Of a DNA stretch of 64,000 bases, positions 26,101 through 38,937 are shown piece after piece. The stretch comes from Cyanophora paradoxa CCMP329 (taxonomy: Eukaryota > Plantae > Glaucophyta). Numbering within the stretch: the first letter of the stretch is position 1; each line of letters begins with the position of its first letter. The notes beneath the pieces are model-generated. The model saw nothing but the letters and a program-made list of their open reading frames with translations. It did not search any database and was not told the DNA's origin. Position numbers and translations under genes: made by a program. The DNA lies in assembly GCA_004431415.1 (NCBI GenBank), contig QPMI01000470.1:372001-436000 (forward strand), written 5' to 3'.

Positions 26101-26930
26101 TTCGCGGAGGAAAGCTGGGTACGTACGGCGACCACGCTCGGCGTCCTGCTCCTCCGCAGCCTGAAGAACGCGCGTCAGAGAACGAGAAGTCCGCGCGCAG
26201 ACAGAAACACTAGAGGACGACGCGCTGCGGTTGAGGAACCTACCTGCACAGCATGCCGACAGCTTGGCGATTCGGGACCTGCATGGTCGATTTAAAATGC
26301 ACGAACTACATTACAGGAAAGAAGCTAGACTCACGTATTGGTTATTCGCGACCACCCAGTCGCGGAAGCGGCACCAGATTGTGACTGATAGGCCCGGCAC
26401 CTCGGCGCCTGCGGGAGAGGAGGGGCTCAAAGAGGGGAGAATAATATTCTGGCGGAGCGGAGGGGCGCGTTTCAAAGTTTACCGCCTTGTACGTCCCGGT
26501 AGAAGCGCTGCGCGATTTCGGCGAGCTTGTCGTCCTCGTCCACGGTCCAGATATCCGCATTGCCCGGCTTGTTCGGGCGCTTCTTCTCCGCCTCGGCGCG
26601 CTGCGCCCTCGCGTAAGCGGTCGCGCGTGCGAGCGGCACTGCTCGCGCGCGCGCATAAAGCAGCTTAAGGCCGCAGCGCTCGGCCTTCCTGCGCGTCGCG
26701 CCGGGCGTGCGGGCCGAGCGCACCGAGGTCGCGGGTTTCGCGGTTTCTCTGTCTGCCGAGGGCTGTTCCGGCTCGGATTCGGGCTCCGATTTTACTTCGT
26801 CTTCCTCGTCCAGATCGATTCCGCGTTTCGGAAGGCTCGCGTTTGGCGATGAGCTCTTCTCTTCCTGACTCAACGTTAACGCCGGCGCATCGGCGGCCGG
26901 CGCACTGCAGCTGGCATCTCCTGTGTCCAT
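23115..26930 (-). CDS. Myb/SANT-like repeat protein with AT-hook-like motif and a small C-terminal globular domain
   Basis: Three Myb-type starts (IWTVDEDDKL, KWTCEED, PWTEEEDAAV), a KKKRGRPS motif and PA-rich linkers. The last exons read RVQLRRIGQ...FGFPVVDFS|DKNLDTL...EDLGL*. Confidence 0.65.
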
Positions 26931-27479
26931 TGTGGCCGTGGCTCGCGAAAGCTAAACCGCTGACCGCTGCGCCGCGCGTGCTCGCCAAGCTTCTCGTCGC
27001 CGCGTGCTGGCGCCTCGCTCCCTTACAGGCTACAACACACGCGCAGTTGGAAGCTGCTTAGGCTGCCGCGCAAGGCTGCTGGTTTGTCCGCGAGGCCCTA
27101 GCTAGCCGGCTGCCGGCAACCCGCAGCGGCGGGGGTATGGTCGCGAAGTTGAATTCGCCGCGAGCTCACGGCGCAGCCTCGAGCTCGCGCTGCAGCTGGC
27201 TGCTTATATACACACAATGGCCATGGTGGGCTGCAGTGCTTTAGGCGCTTGCGCAATCCCGTGCAGAGCTCGCGCGCGCCGCCGTCGCCAGGTCTTGATC
27301 TAGAAGCAGCGCCGAGCGCTAGGCGCGAGGCTTCGGCTCCAGGTTTGAAGAGGGATATCGATTCCAAGCTTTACACGACAGGGAGAATGGAGGGCGGAGG
27401 GAGCGGGAGGGGGGACAGCCCAGACAGAGACTAGGTCGGGGCAAGCAAGGGGCGCTGGCGGCGTCGGCGGCCGCGGCCC

Positions 27480-29351
27480 TTAGACGAGGCTGATGTACGA
27501 GCGGTACGCGCCGATGTTGCGCTTCAGAATGTCCTGCAAGGGAAAGAGTCGGACCGCCGGGCGAGAAAGGAAGGAAAGGAGAGAGGCGCGGCAAGCGAGC
27601 TGACCTGCAGGGGCCCCATGACGCGCGTGAAGGTGGCGCGGGAGAGCGAGAGAGTCGCCACGTCGGTCACTGCCTTCACCGTGGCCGCGCGCGGCTTGTT
27701 CGTCAGGAGCGCGATCTCGCCTGCGCCGAGCCGCCCGCCCCGCCATCAGAAAAGGAAGGAAAGGAAAGAAAGGAGGGTCTATCTGACTGACCGAAGTAGT
27801 CGCCGCTCTTGAGCTGTCCCACCTCCATCTCGGGCTTGCCCGGCTCCGGGGACTGAAGGCAAACGACCTCGCCCTGCGCGGCGCGGCAAAGTTAATCGAG
27901 GCGAAGCTGAGCTGAGCTAATCTAGCTAAGATAGTCAAGCTTAATTCGGACCTCCTCAATAATGTAGAACTGGTCGCCGGGGTCGCCCTGCTTGATAATG
28001 ACGTCGCCGGCCTTGAACTCCTGCTTCCCCAGCGCGTCCGCCACCGTGAGGCGCTCGTACCGCATGAGGTTCGCTGCGAGCGAACGAAGTGAGCGGGCGG
28101 TGAGATGGAAGAGAAGAAGAAGCTTAAGAAGCGAGCGGAAGCGCACAGAGGAGCGGGACTTTCTCGAGGAAAGACTCGTACAGGTTCCGCTGCTTGATGG
28201 TAGTGTCCATAAGAATGAACTTGAATGTGAGGCGGTCCACGGCCCAGAGCCGCGCGTTGTCGCGCGCCTGCGCAGAGTCGGAGTTTACAGGACGAAGAAA
28301 GAAGAAGAGGAGAAAGGGTGAAGGGATAGGATGCAGCAGCGCGCCTTGACGGTGGCGGCGCGGGGAGCGTTGTACATGAGAGCGAGCTCGCCGAAGGAGT
28401 CTCCGGGGCCGCAGGCCAGGACGTGCTTGTCCTCGCCGCCGATCTTCACGTACACGTCGCAGTTGCCCTGGTCAATCACGTAGAAGTTGTCGCCCTCGTC
28501 GCCTGGCAAGGCGCGCGCGGCGCGGGTCGGCGAACGGGAACGCGGCTCCGCGAGCAAGGCGCGGCCGCGCCGAGGAAGGCGTGCGCACCCTGCTTGATGA
28601 TGGTGTCGCCAGGCTCCTTGTTGACCTCGAACATCGCGTCCATGATGATGTTCTTCTGCTTCTCCTCGAGGTTCGCGAAGAGAATGTTGTGCGAGATGAC
28701 CTCCTTGATGCGCTGCTTCTCCTCGTCGCTCTTCGGGTAGACTTTCGGCGTGAAGTTCTTCGAGAGATCGTCCGGCGTGATCGGTTCTGCGCACACCGAC
28801 TTCCGCCTGTTCTTGGCCATCCCTTGCCGCAGCGACACGGCTGGCGCCCGCGCTGTGCGAGGGTCAGCGCGTCGGCCGCAGGGAGCCCCGCGGGATCTAA
28901 GCATGCGCACAGTCTGGAGGTGGAGAAGGAGCCCGGTCGTCGTCTCCAGCGTCGTCCTTCGGCGCGTCGGCGAGTGTCTTCGCAAGCATAGCCTCTAGCT
29001 CGTTGGCGACCGGGTTGACATCCGGGCTGGAAAGCTGGGCCGCGAAGTTCTTTCGCAAGTAGTTGTAAATGTGCTTCACGGGCTCGTCGGGGCGCTTCTG
29101 CAGGACATCCTCCAGCATGTCCTCGAGGAGCTTCTTCACGCCTGCAGGTCCGGGGCGGCAAGCGCGCGGGTGAGCCATACATTGGGGCAGAGACAGTCCA
29201 GAGGCGCGGGGCCCGCCAGACGCACCCTTCTTGTTGAGGTACTCATGCAGCTCCTGCTCCTGCTAAGGCATAGGCGATCAGGGGCGCCCAAAGCTAGCTA
29301 CGGCAAGAATCACTGTCAGCGAGATGCACGCACTGTGGTGAGCGTCGTCAT
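27480..29351 (-). CDS. pkaR: cAMP-dependent protein kinase (PKA) regulatory subunit, 10 exons
   Basis: N-terminal dimerisation/docking-like segment ([25 protein letters not shown]), inhibitor site RRKSV, and two cNMP-binding domains with [16 protein letters not shown] and [16 protein letters not shown]. All nine introns splice in frame. Confidence 0.97.
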
Positions 29352-29734
29352 GATGTGCGACGACTTCTAACTTTGCTACGCTTCGCAGAAGGCGCGCTGC
29401 TAGCTTCCCAGCCGGCGCGTTCCTAGCTCCCGAGTGGCCAACACGCTCCCGAATGACGAGCACGCTCCCTGAAGGTTGCGAAAACCCGCGAGACGAAATT
29501 GACGTGCAGCCTATGTACCCCTTCACTATCCCCCCCCCCCGTCGGCTTCGCGACTTCTTCGTGTGCAGAGTGCTCAGCGGCCCGCGGCCAGAGGGTCCGG
29601 TTCATCTCAGTTCGGGGAACCGCTCGGCGTCCCGCGGCCCGAGGGTTCGGCCCAGCTTGCTCTGTGAACGAGGCGCGCTCCAGTCATCGGCCCAGCTGCG
29701 CTAGCGCGCGATCTTTGAACGGTGGGAACCAGCG

Positions 29735-32666
29735 ATGAGGGGCCGAACCCTGACCGCGAGCATCCCGAGCGCGTCGCGCAACTCCACTTCGCCATCGGCG
29801 AGCACACCCAAGACGCCGTGCGGATGCATCAGCGCTGCGGACATGTGCGCTTTAGTCTCTGCGCTCGTCGGCGTCCGGCCCGCTTACCGCGCTTCGCCAG
29901 GTACGACGTATTCTTCAGCAACCACACAGCGACCGGCGGCGAGCTCGCAGCGCGGCTGCAGGCGGAGCTCGAGGCGATGGAGCCCGACCTCCGCGTCTTC
30001 AGCGCAGTGGACAGCGCGACTCCGGTAAGCAGAGTGCGCAACCGTGAAGCGCGCCGCGGGCGAAGCGGCGCTCGGCGCAGGGCGGCTCGAACGCACACGA
30101 CCTGACCGACGACGTCCGTGCCTCGCGCTGCTTCGTGCTGCTCGTCACGCCGGGTGCGGCCGGCCGCTGCTGCTTCCGAGCGCGGCCGCCGACCGCGCTC
30201 GCGCCGCGCAGGGGTCTTCGAGAGCGAGGTCGTGATGGGGGAGCTGCTCGCCGCCGTCCGCTCCCGCCGGCGCATCATCGTCCTTTGGGACGCGGACTCT
30301 GTCCCTGAGCTCCCGCGCGGTTCGCCCTGCGGCCGCCCCGCCGCGGCGCTCATCGGTTTTCGCTGAGCCGCGAGCGGCAGCGGACGCGCTCCCGTCCCTC
30401 GCGGTTCCGCGGGGCGCAACGGAGGACGAGATCCGGAACGCCATCCGTGCCGCTCTGGAGACGGAGGCGCGCGCGTCGCACCCCCCCCCCCCCGCCCGTC
30501 GTCCGGCCATTCCGATACCCCCCGCAGCCGGTCCGGGCGCAGAAGGCGGCCTCAGAGGACGCCCTCGTGGAGGAGCTGATGCGGCGGGTTCGATTCGCTG
30601 GCGGCCCCGATCACGCGCACGGGCACGCCGGGGTACGCGTGCGCGCGAGCGCGGCCCCCCTCGCGCGGATCGAATCAAGCGGCGACGGCCGGCCGCGCAG
30701 GACGAAGGGGCCGGAGCAGACGCCGAGCGCCCGTCCGCCGCGCCTCGGGAATCAGACGCGACTCCGCTGGAGCCGCCCACCGTGCGCGCCGTACCCCTCC
30801 CCTTCCCCTTCCACCCCTCCTCACGAAATACTTCGTACCCCCCTCCCTTCCCAGGACGGCCCGGAGCCGGACCTGGTGGTGGATTCGCGGGGCCCGCCGC
30901 ACGGCCTGCCCTCCGTCGCGGCGGCCGTCGAGCGCGCCTCCCCGGGCCAGACCGTCTTCGTCGCCCCGGGCCGGTCCGCACCTCACTCTTCTTCTTCTTA
31001 TCTATCTATCTATCTCACGTCTTCTTCTTCTTATCATCCTTCTTATTATTGTTATAATTAGGTACTACGAGAGCGTGGTGCTGGACAAGGAGGTGCACCT
31101 ACAGGGCATGCGGGGTACCATTTTGGAGTCCAGGGGGGGCCAGCCCGCCCTCGTCTGCAGGGGGTACGTGAGCGCACGCTAACGAACGAACGAACGGCCC
31201 TCGGCTGCTGCTGCTGCTGCTGCTGCTGCTGAGGCGCGCGCCTCGCCCGCCCGCCCACACTGGCAGGCCGGCCTCGCCCACGGTCCGGGGCTTCACCATC
31301 GTGGGCCGATCCAAGCGCGACTGCGCCGTGCTGCTGACGGAGGGAACCCGCGCCCTCCTCGAGCGCTGCAGCGTGACCAGCGCCGGCCCTGCAGGCGTCG
31401 AGGCGCGCCCAGCCCTGCTCTGCTTGCCTGCAAGCTTGCCTGAGCTTTGCGTGTCTCCAGGCCAGCGGGGAGGGTACCGCGCCGACGGTCCGCGGCAACT
31501 GCGTGCACGACTGTACCCAGGCGAGCCTCCTCTTTCCCGCTCGCGTCCCCTCTGTACCCCTTATTCTGGGGGTACAGTCGGGGATCTGGGTCCACGGCGG
31601 CGCGGGGGGTACACTCGAGGGCAACGACATCTGCCGCTGTGCGTACCCGTCCTGCGCACCCGTCCTCTTCGGCCGACTCCGAGGCGGCTCACGCCCCTCC
31701 CCCCCCCTCCCCCCCTCCCCCCCCCCTCCCCCCCTGCGCAGGCGCGTGGAGCGGGGTAGAGATCACTGAGCGGGCGGACCCCGTCGTCAGGGGCAATCGA
31801 ATCCGCGACGGGCTCGAGAATGGTGCGTGAGTCACCGATTCGGTGAGTCACGGGGCGCCTGATGCGCTGCGCCGAAAGGCATCATGGTCGCGGAGGCGAG
31901 GGGTACCGTGGAGGAGAACGACGTGTACGGCAACGCTGAGGCCGGCATCGAGGTGCGGCCTCGCGCGCCGCTTAGAATTCATTCGGTTCGAGGGCCGCGG
32001 GGAGTCGCCGGTCTGAGATCCCGCCGTGGGGTACGCGCAGATTACGCGCGGCGCCGAGCCCGTCGTGCGCGGAAACAAGTTCCACGATGAGAAGGTGCGG
32101 TACCCCCCTCCCTGACCGGTCGCCGCCGCTGATACAGTACCCCTTCGCCAGTTCGGAATCGTGGTCTCGAGCGAGGGGAGAGGCGGCCTGGAGTCGAACG
32201 AGCTGTGGGGCAACGAGGGCGCCGCCATTCAGGCGCGTGTACCCTCTGCCAAGGCCCGCGCGCGTACCCCTGACGTCCGCCGAAGATTCGGAAAGGCGCG
32301 GACCCCCTCGTGATCTCCAATCACATCCACGACGAGAAGGTGTGGTACCCCCCCGCCCCGAACGTTATACATCATTTCGCTTGATGCTCGAGCCAGCACG
32401 GAGTCTGGGTATACGAGGGCGGCAAAGGGACGATTCGGGACAACGCGATCGAGGTGCGACCTCAGATCTGAGGCTCGGGGCTACACCAAATTTATATGCT
32501 GATCTGGGAGGGGTACGCACAGAATCTGGACGCCGCATGGGCGCAAGTCGGGGGCGTTCTCGTGGAGGAGGGCTCTACCCCGGTGGTGGGGAGCAACAGC
32601 TTCACAATGAAGAGGGACCGCGCGGCACAAGCCGCGGCCGTGGCCGAGGACAGCCGCGGCAGCTAG
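29735..32666 (+). CDS. TIR-domain protein fused to a right-handed parallel beta-helix (FBXO11/NosD/CASH-like repeats)
   Basis: TIR: YDVFFSNH, VRASRCFVLLVTP|GVFESEVVMGELLAAV. Beta-helix: SVAAAVERASPGQTVFVAPGR|YYESVVLDKEVHLQG, then repeats such as GIWVHGGAGGTLEGNDI, GVEITERADPVVRGNRIRDG and ADPLVISNHIHD. Confidence 0.85.
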
Positions 32667-34374
32667 CTGTACTAAATGAATGGCGAGCGAAGTACAGCTC
32701 GCTCTTTTTATACCTGACGCGAACAGGAGCCGGCGAGCTGCTGCGCCGCCGCGCGCCGCCCGAGCCGGCCCGCGGCCGCCGCAGCGCCCCGGGCCAAGCT
32801 TAACTTCGTAATTAATAATTTCAGCTTCAAGCTGGCGGCCGCGGGGCCCGAGGCTCCCGAGCCGCCGAAGGAGGCCGCCGGGCGGCCCAGACGCATATGC
32901 ATGCGTACGTATACGCGGCCGCAGTCGCGGCCGCCGAGCATGCGATGATCATGATCTAGACTCTGAGATCTCGGCCCCGGGCCCGGCGGAGATCGAGCGC
33001 TCCACTTGCAATTGCCGCAGTGCAAGGTCGCGCGCAAGACGCCACTGGGCCCACCCGCCGGCGCCAAGAGGATGTAGCTCGAGATCGATCATCGGATCGA
33101 TATCGCTATTTAATTTTAATTTATATCATCGAAGCTGCAGCGCTAGCTGACGAGTCCAGTCATGATCAGGCCGACGCCGCGGTGCACGTGTCGAACTTAG
33201 AAGAAGACTTAGCTATAGCTATATATATATATTCGGGCTTGGGTACGAGCCGCGCCGCCCCCCGCCCGCCGCGTCCCCGCCGGCGCCCGGCCGGGCGCCG
33301 GCGCCGACAAGCTCGAGCCGCGCGCGCCGCCGCCCGCCGCGCCTCCACCCGACGGGCGAGCCGCGCTGCCGCCCGCCGCGCCTGCGCATGCGCCGGCGCC
33401 GCGACCGGCGAGTCGCGCCGCCGCCGCCGCCCGCCGCGCCTCCGAGGCTCAGCGCTAGCGCGCGACTGCTCCGCCCCGTCTCGAGAGCCACGTGTGCACG
33501 CCGCGCCGCCGCCCGCGGCCCCGCCGCCGCCGCCTGGAGACTGCGCCCGGCGGCCTGCAGCTGCAGCTGGAGCCCTGCCGCTGCCCCCGCGCGGCTGCTG
33601 GCCCCGCCGCGCCGCCGCTGTCGGCCAGTACAGGTACCCGGCCGATGAACATCAATACAAGTACCCTCGTCAAATTCGAATTCGAATTCGAAACCGTTGA
33701 ACGCCCGTAAGTATACATTTTTTTCAATGCCGGGTCACGTCACGCCTGCCGGGCCACGTCACGCCTGCAGGTGCTGCTGTCGTGACTCGTGACTGGCCCG
33801 TTGTATATTATACCGTATATATATAATTTGCAATTTGGTGGTCGAAAAATGACGTACTCGACGTACGTACATCATCGATATCGTTATCAAAATGGAGGTT
33901 CCTGAATCGGGCGAATCCTCCGCAATCTTGCTGAATTTTCCTGGACTCCTGTTAGTAGGCTGTTACGAGAGTCACGAGACTCCGGATCCCTGTACAGTGT
34001 ACATGGAGACTGATCGGATGATGGAGTCATCATGGCATGGACCGTCGGACCTGTCTTACTAAGTTAGGCACCAGTGCCGCACCACTGCCCGGGCCGCAGC
34101 AGCAAAGTTAGGCTGTCTATAGCTAAGCCTGTCTTAGCCTGTCTATCGTGCGTGATCACGATCACGGTCCCCCAGGATTCACGGACTCGGCGGATCACTT
34201 CCGAGTTCTTCGTGACGTCACACTTAGCGGCGTAACTTATAATTAGCTTTTACGTAAGTTAGCGCGCATCAAAATTTTGCGCCTCTTCCTCGATCGAATC
34301 GGTGTCATGCGCATGCGTATGCTGCGGTATCATCGCCGGTATGCAGTATAATGCAGACTCGCTCGTGTTATAAA

Positions 34375-34855
34375 TTAGAGCTGCGGCTCGAACTCAAAAC
34401 CCCCAGCTCGAGCCAGCTCGAGCCGGCCCGCTCCTGGCTGCCTCGAGCCAGCTCGAGCCGGGCTCGAGCCGACCTACGGGGAGGAGTACCCCAGCCCCGG
34501 ACTTAGGCGTGCGGAGAAACCATGCATATGATCTCCAGCGCTAGCTCGTGCGGACATGCTAAATGCGTGTTATATCAGAGAATAGCGGCTGGTTAGCCTG
34601 TATTTAATTTGATGACTCGGGAAGGTGACACGCGCTGGCCCGGAAACGAGCTGTTTATAATTCGTCAGAGGCCGCCTCTCGCCCCCCCCGGCTCGAGCCC
34701 TAGCTGGCCGGCTCGACCTAGCTCGCGCGCCCCTCCGGGCTCGAGCCAGCCCTCCCCCCTCGGCTCGAGCCGCCGGCTCGAGCGAGCCGCCCCTCGCCAC
34801 GAGCCGGCTCGAGCCGGGCTCGCTCGAGCCAGGCTCGCTCGAGCCGAAGCTCTAA
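34375..34855. mobile_element. MITE-like non-autonomous DNA transposon (hAT-like ends)
   Basis: 17-bp terminal inverted repeat with 1 mismatch (ttagagctgcggctcga at 34375-34391; tcgagccgaagctctaa at 34839-34855) and many subterminal CTCGAGCC motifs. No target-site duplication was found. Confidence 0.6.
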
Positions 34856-36551
34856 CGCGCGTGGCTCAGCCTGCAGCGGCTAGCGCTCGCGCGCGCGCGC
34901 GCGACTGCGCATGCGTCACTGCGAGGGTTCGCCGGTTCGGTCAACTTCGGTCACGAGTTCGGTGTTGTTAAACTCAAAAGCGCTCGGAACCCCGGGAACT
35001 CGGAAGTGGCTGGGAACTTGAAAGTTCGCTCGGATACCTTTTTTCCTGATGTTTTCTGCTCTCGCAACCTAAACCTCCGCGTTAGCAATAGAAACTTGCA
35101 ACAGCGCTTCAATCAGAATGAGCCTTCCGAGCGGACTCGTAACTTGAGTCGTAAGCTTGGCTTTGCTTGCCAAGTTGCTCGAGAGTCGAAACCGGTCATG
35201 ATTCATGACTCATGAGCATCATGGTTTAACACGTGCTAATCATTTGGATCAGCTTTTATTCTAACACCCCTTCGACTCTCATACATAATACATCATTAAA
35301 CATAAATATCAATGCGTCATCACATGATGATCTTAGCGCTATGATGAAGTTACTCGGAAGCATTCTAGATCTGCGGCGATTCTGCGCAGCTGGATATATA
35401 TATATATATATCGCGATCGATCGCGCACACGTCATGATCGTCGTCATCACGATCATGATCATGATGTGACATTTAGCTATACTATGATAGAGAGTTGAAG
35501 ACTCCGACTGTCAATAATTGCGAGCTCGAGCGCGACGTGCACGGTGCACCTCCAGAGGTCGAGCTCGAGCCGGCCTAGGCACCTCGCAAGCGTCGCACTC
35601 GCAACCGCCTGTGCGGATTTATTATTTGGTGCCGTTTCGAATTCTAAATTCTTCATTCTTCTGGCTTCTTTAAAAATCTAATTTTATAATTGGAACTATG
35701 CGTACACTAATATTCATGCACTGCATGGTAGGCCGGTTATATACGTTAACGTTTGCATGCATATGTGCGCGCGCAGCGGTCGAATATTAATATAGCTTAA
35801 AAATTGTTCACGGTTTAAATTCATGATTATAGCTGTTAATTGAAATATCGATCTAGAATTCCATATTTGTGTGGTCTTTTTCGTTGTTCCGGCTTACGAG
35901 GAATGCTGCATCCCGAAGAACGCGAGAACTTCGGAACCCTTTACTCCCTTTGATCGAATTCCTCTCTTCTTCTTCAAAGGCTTAGCACGTTCCGACCTCG
36001 CGTTGCGCTGCGGGCGCATGAGCGCACGAGCACATCAGGAGCAACAGAAGCAGCAGCAGCAGCAGCAGCAGCGCAGGAGCACAACAAGAACGACGCGTAC
36101 GGGTGCACGTGCGAGCTAGGCCTCTCTCTTCAAGCAGGCCTCGCAGTCCAGCAGGTCGCTCAATCGGACTTTTCAGGTTCTTCGTACGCTCTCTCAATTC
36201 CCACCTTTCCCGGTCGCCTCTCTGCCCGGCGGCACTCGCTTGAACATCTAATTCTTGTAGCGAAGTGCATTCCTTTCGCGCTAGAGCTCCCTTCACCTGC
36301 TGACGCTCGCGCGCGTTTCCGCAGATACCGTGAAATCTCAACAACGTCAACTTAGTTTTCGCGCGTACGCATACGCGCCGGCAAAAATCCTCGCCGCCCG
36401 CGAAGCGTATTGGCTCACATATGCGCTTGCAGAACAGCGAAGGACGGGCCCTTCTCGCAGCGACTTGGGTCGCTTGACGTGTCTTCGAGTTCCCTGTGGC
36501 TCCCTTCGTTAAGGACCCGCAGCCGCCACGGACTTCGCGCGCGCGTCTTCG

Positions 36552-38937
36552 ATGGCCCCTCCCTCCACCTGTGGACGCCCGTGGACTCCGCCCCACGTCT
36601 CCAGCAGCGACTGGACCCGACCCGTACGCGCTCTGTGCTTCCCGCGCGGTTTTTGGGCCCCCGTCCGACCCCATCCTCCCTCAGTATATGAAGACTGCGG
36701 AGCCGGAGCCCTGTGACCGCTCGAGGGCCGAGCCGACCGCCCAGCAGCTGCTCGAGCCCCCGGCCTTCCTCAGGGCGGCGATGCCACCCAAGCCCGCGGC
36801 CGAGGCGCCGCCGCCGCCCACCTCGCCCCTCCGCCTCTCTGTAACGCTCCCCGGCGAGGCCAAGACCGAGCAGCAGCAGCAGCCGCCCCGGGACCGGGTC
36901 GAGGTGGAGGCGGCCGCCGCGGCCCTCGCCGCGCTCGAGTCATACGACACGTCGCGCATCCCGGGCTCGCCACTGCGGCACCCGGCGATGGCCGCGACCC
37001 TCCCCGGCCCGGCCGCCGTCGCCGCCGGCCTTCCGCCCCGCCGGGCGCGTATCTGGGAAGAGGACTCGTCGCCTTCGCCCGGGGACGCATCGGAGGCGGC
37101 GCGCGCCCAGCGGGCGGCCCGCGGCCGCATCGGCAGCCGCCGCCCGAGCGACGAGTCGGTGCGCGCCGACACGCCGCGCGGCGTTGACGAGGAGCGGTGC
37201 GGCGGCGCCTCGGCCTGCACGACGCCCCGCGACGCCGCCGCGGCCGGCGGCTGCGCGTACCCGCCGCAGAACTACTGGCCCCCCAGATGCCCCGCATGGA
37301 CGCCTCGTTCCCCCTCCACCCTTCGGCTGCCCGATGCCGCCCCCGCCTTCAGCCTACGGCCACTCCGAGGCGTTTCCGCCCTCCCCCTTCTTCCCCCCGG
37401 CCCCGTTCGCGCGCCCTTCGTACCCCCCGTATCCCGGTAGCTTCCCGTACGCCCCCCCGCACGGGTGGTTCCAGCCCCAGCCCTGCGAACGTGAGTCTCG
37501 CCCGCTTCCCTCTTTTCCCGCCTTTGGAACGCCAGCACTGATCGTAAGACCACCCGCAGCGGCTGCGCGCCCCCCTGCGGCCTCTGAGCATCAGCAGCAG
37601 CAGCAGCAGACATCCCCGTCGGACAGGAAGCAGAAGCGGGGCGGGGAGAGCCCATCGGGACCGGAGGCCCCGCGGCGCGAGTCCGAGCCGACGGCCAAGA
37701 GGGCCCGCCGGAATGCCGCCGGGGGCGATCGCCGCTCGCCCGTCCACCACCCCATCGAGGCCCTGCCGCAAGTCATGGCCCCGCACGGCTCGCCCCCCGG
37801 CTCCAGCACCGCGTACCCCTCCCCCTTTGTGATCATGAAGCGGCACCTGCACAAGGTCAACAACTCGTTCTTCAGGTGGGCCCTGACCTGATCCACGGCC
37901 CTGCCTCTCTGATCCGATCCGATCCGATCTGATCTGATCTGATCTCGCCCCCCCGCAGCACGGACGCGTACGAGGCGGGGCTGGCCCCGGGCCAGCTCCT
38001 CTACGTCCTCACCTCGGAGCAGCGCTACCGCATCGGCCTCTTCGATCGCTCGGACGTGGCCCGCTGGGTCGGCGCCCGCGTCACCTTCTGCCTCCGCTAC
38101 GGTACTTGCTTTGGTTTGGTTCTTGTATCGTCCGTCTCATTTACAAACGAACTCGGCGGCAGCGGTGACGCAGGCCAAGGTCGTGTCGAAGAAGGAAGGG
38201 CGGAGCGACCCGCTCTCTGCGAGCCGCGACATGCCCCTCGCGTGCTTCACCACGGGCCCCGGAATCAAGGTGAGGGAGGAAGAAGAAGAAGAGGAGGGGC
38301 GAACTAACTAACTAACTAACTACTCGCCCTCTTTCGAAGACTGTTACTATTCGTTACTATGAAAAGCTTCTCTGACGCGCTTCGCTTTCCAGGGCCCGAA
38401 CTGGTGCACGGACGTGTCGGGTGTGGTCAACGAAGACGGCGAGCTTGACACGACGTTCGCCCTGGCCGCCACCTCGGTGCGTGCGCTCGCCCGGAAACGA
38501 CAAATTAAACGAACAAACCCGCGTTTAATGTGGTTCCCACCGCGAACTTGAGCTTAACCTTGTTGATGTCAACTTCTCGCTCGATTCCCTCTTAACGCGT
38601 TTCCTCTCCCTTGTTCTGCAGTTCCTCCACGGCCGGCGCTGGTTCTACATCGATTTCACCGTCGAGCCGGCGCCGGGCCGCCCCGCCGTGCGCAACACCG
38701 GCATCATCACGTGCTACGTAAAGGTAATTCAAATTCTCTTATAGTCTCTTATATAAGCGTTCTTATATGATGCTAACGGTTTGTTTGTTTGGTCGGTACG
38801 CGCAGGCGCGGGCCGCCGCCAGCGCCGAGGCACGGCCGGCGGGCGACGGCGGCATCTCGCTACCCCCGGCGCCGCCCCCGCCCCCGGGGTACTTCGACCA
38901 CGTCCCCATCGGCCCCGACGCCGCCGCCCCTCAGTAG
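36552..38937 (+). CDS. Pro-rich nuclear protein with a C-terminal beta-sandwich; possible Ig-fold (CudA/NDT80/p53-like) transcription factor
   Basis: Low-complexity N-terminal half and NLS-like RKQKR...KRARR. The C-terminal exons splice cleanly (YVLTSEQRYRIGLF...FALAATS|FLHGRRWFYIDFTVE...TGIITCYVK|AR). One apparent frameshift lies in a C run near 37280. The family call is tentative. Confidence 0.55.

Noticed and set aside
29262-29272. Apparent in-frame TAG after ATG-CCT in PKA-R, suggesting stop-codon reassignment
   Set aside because: The TTAG is an intron acceptor. An upstream exon MTTLTT (ATG at 29351) splices in frame, and genes end normally in TAA, TAG and TGA.
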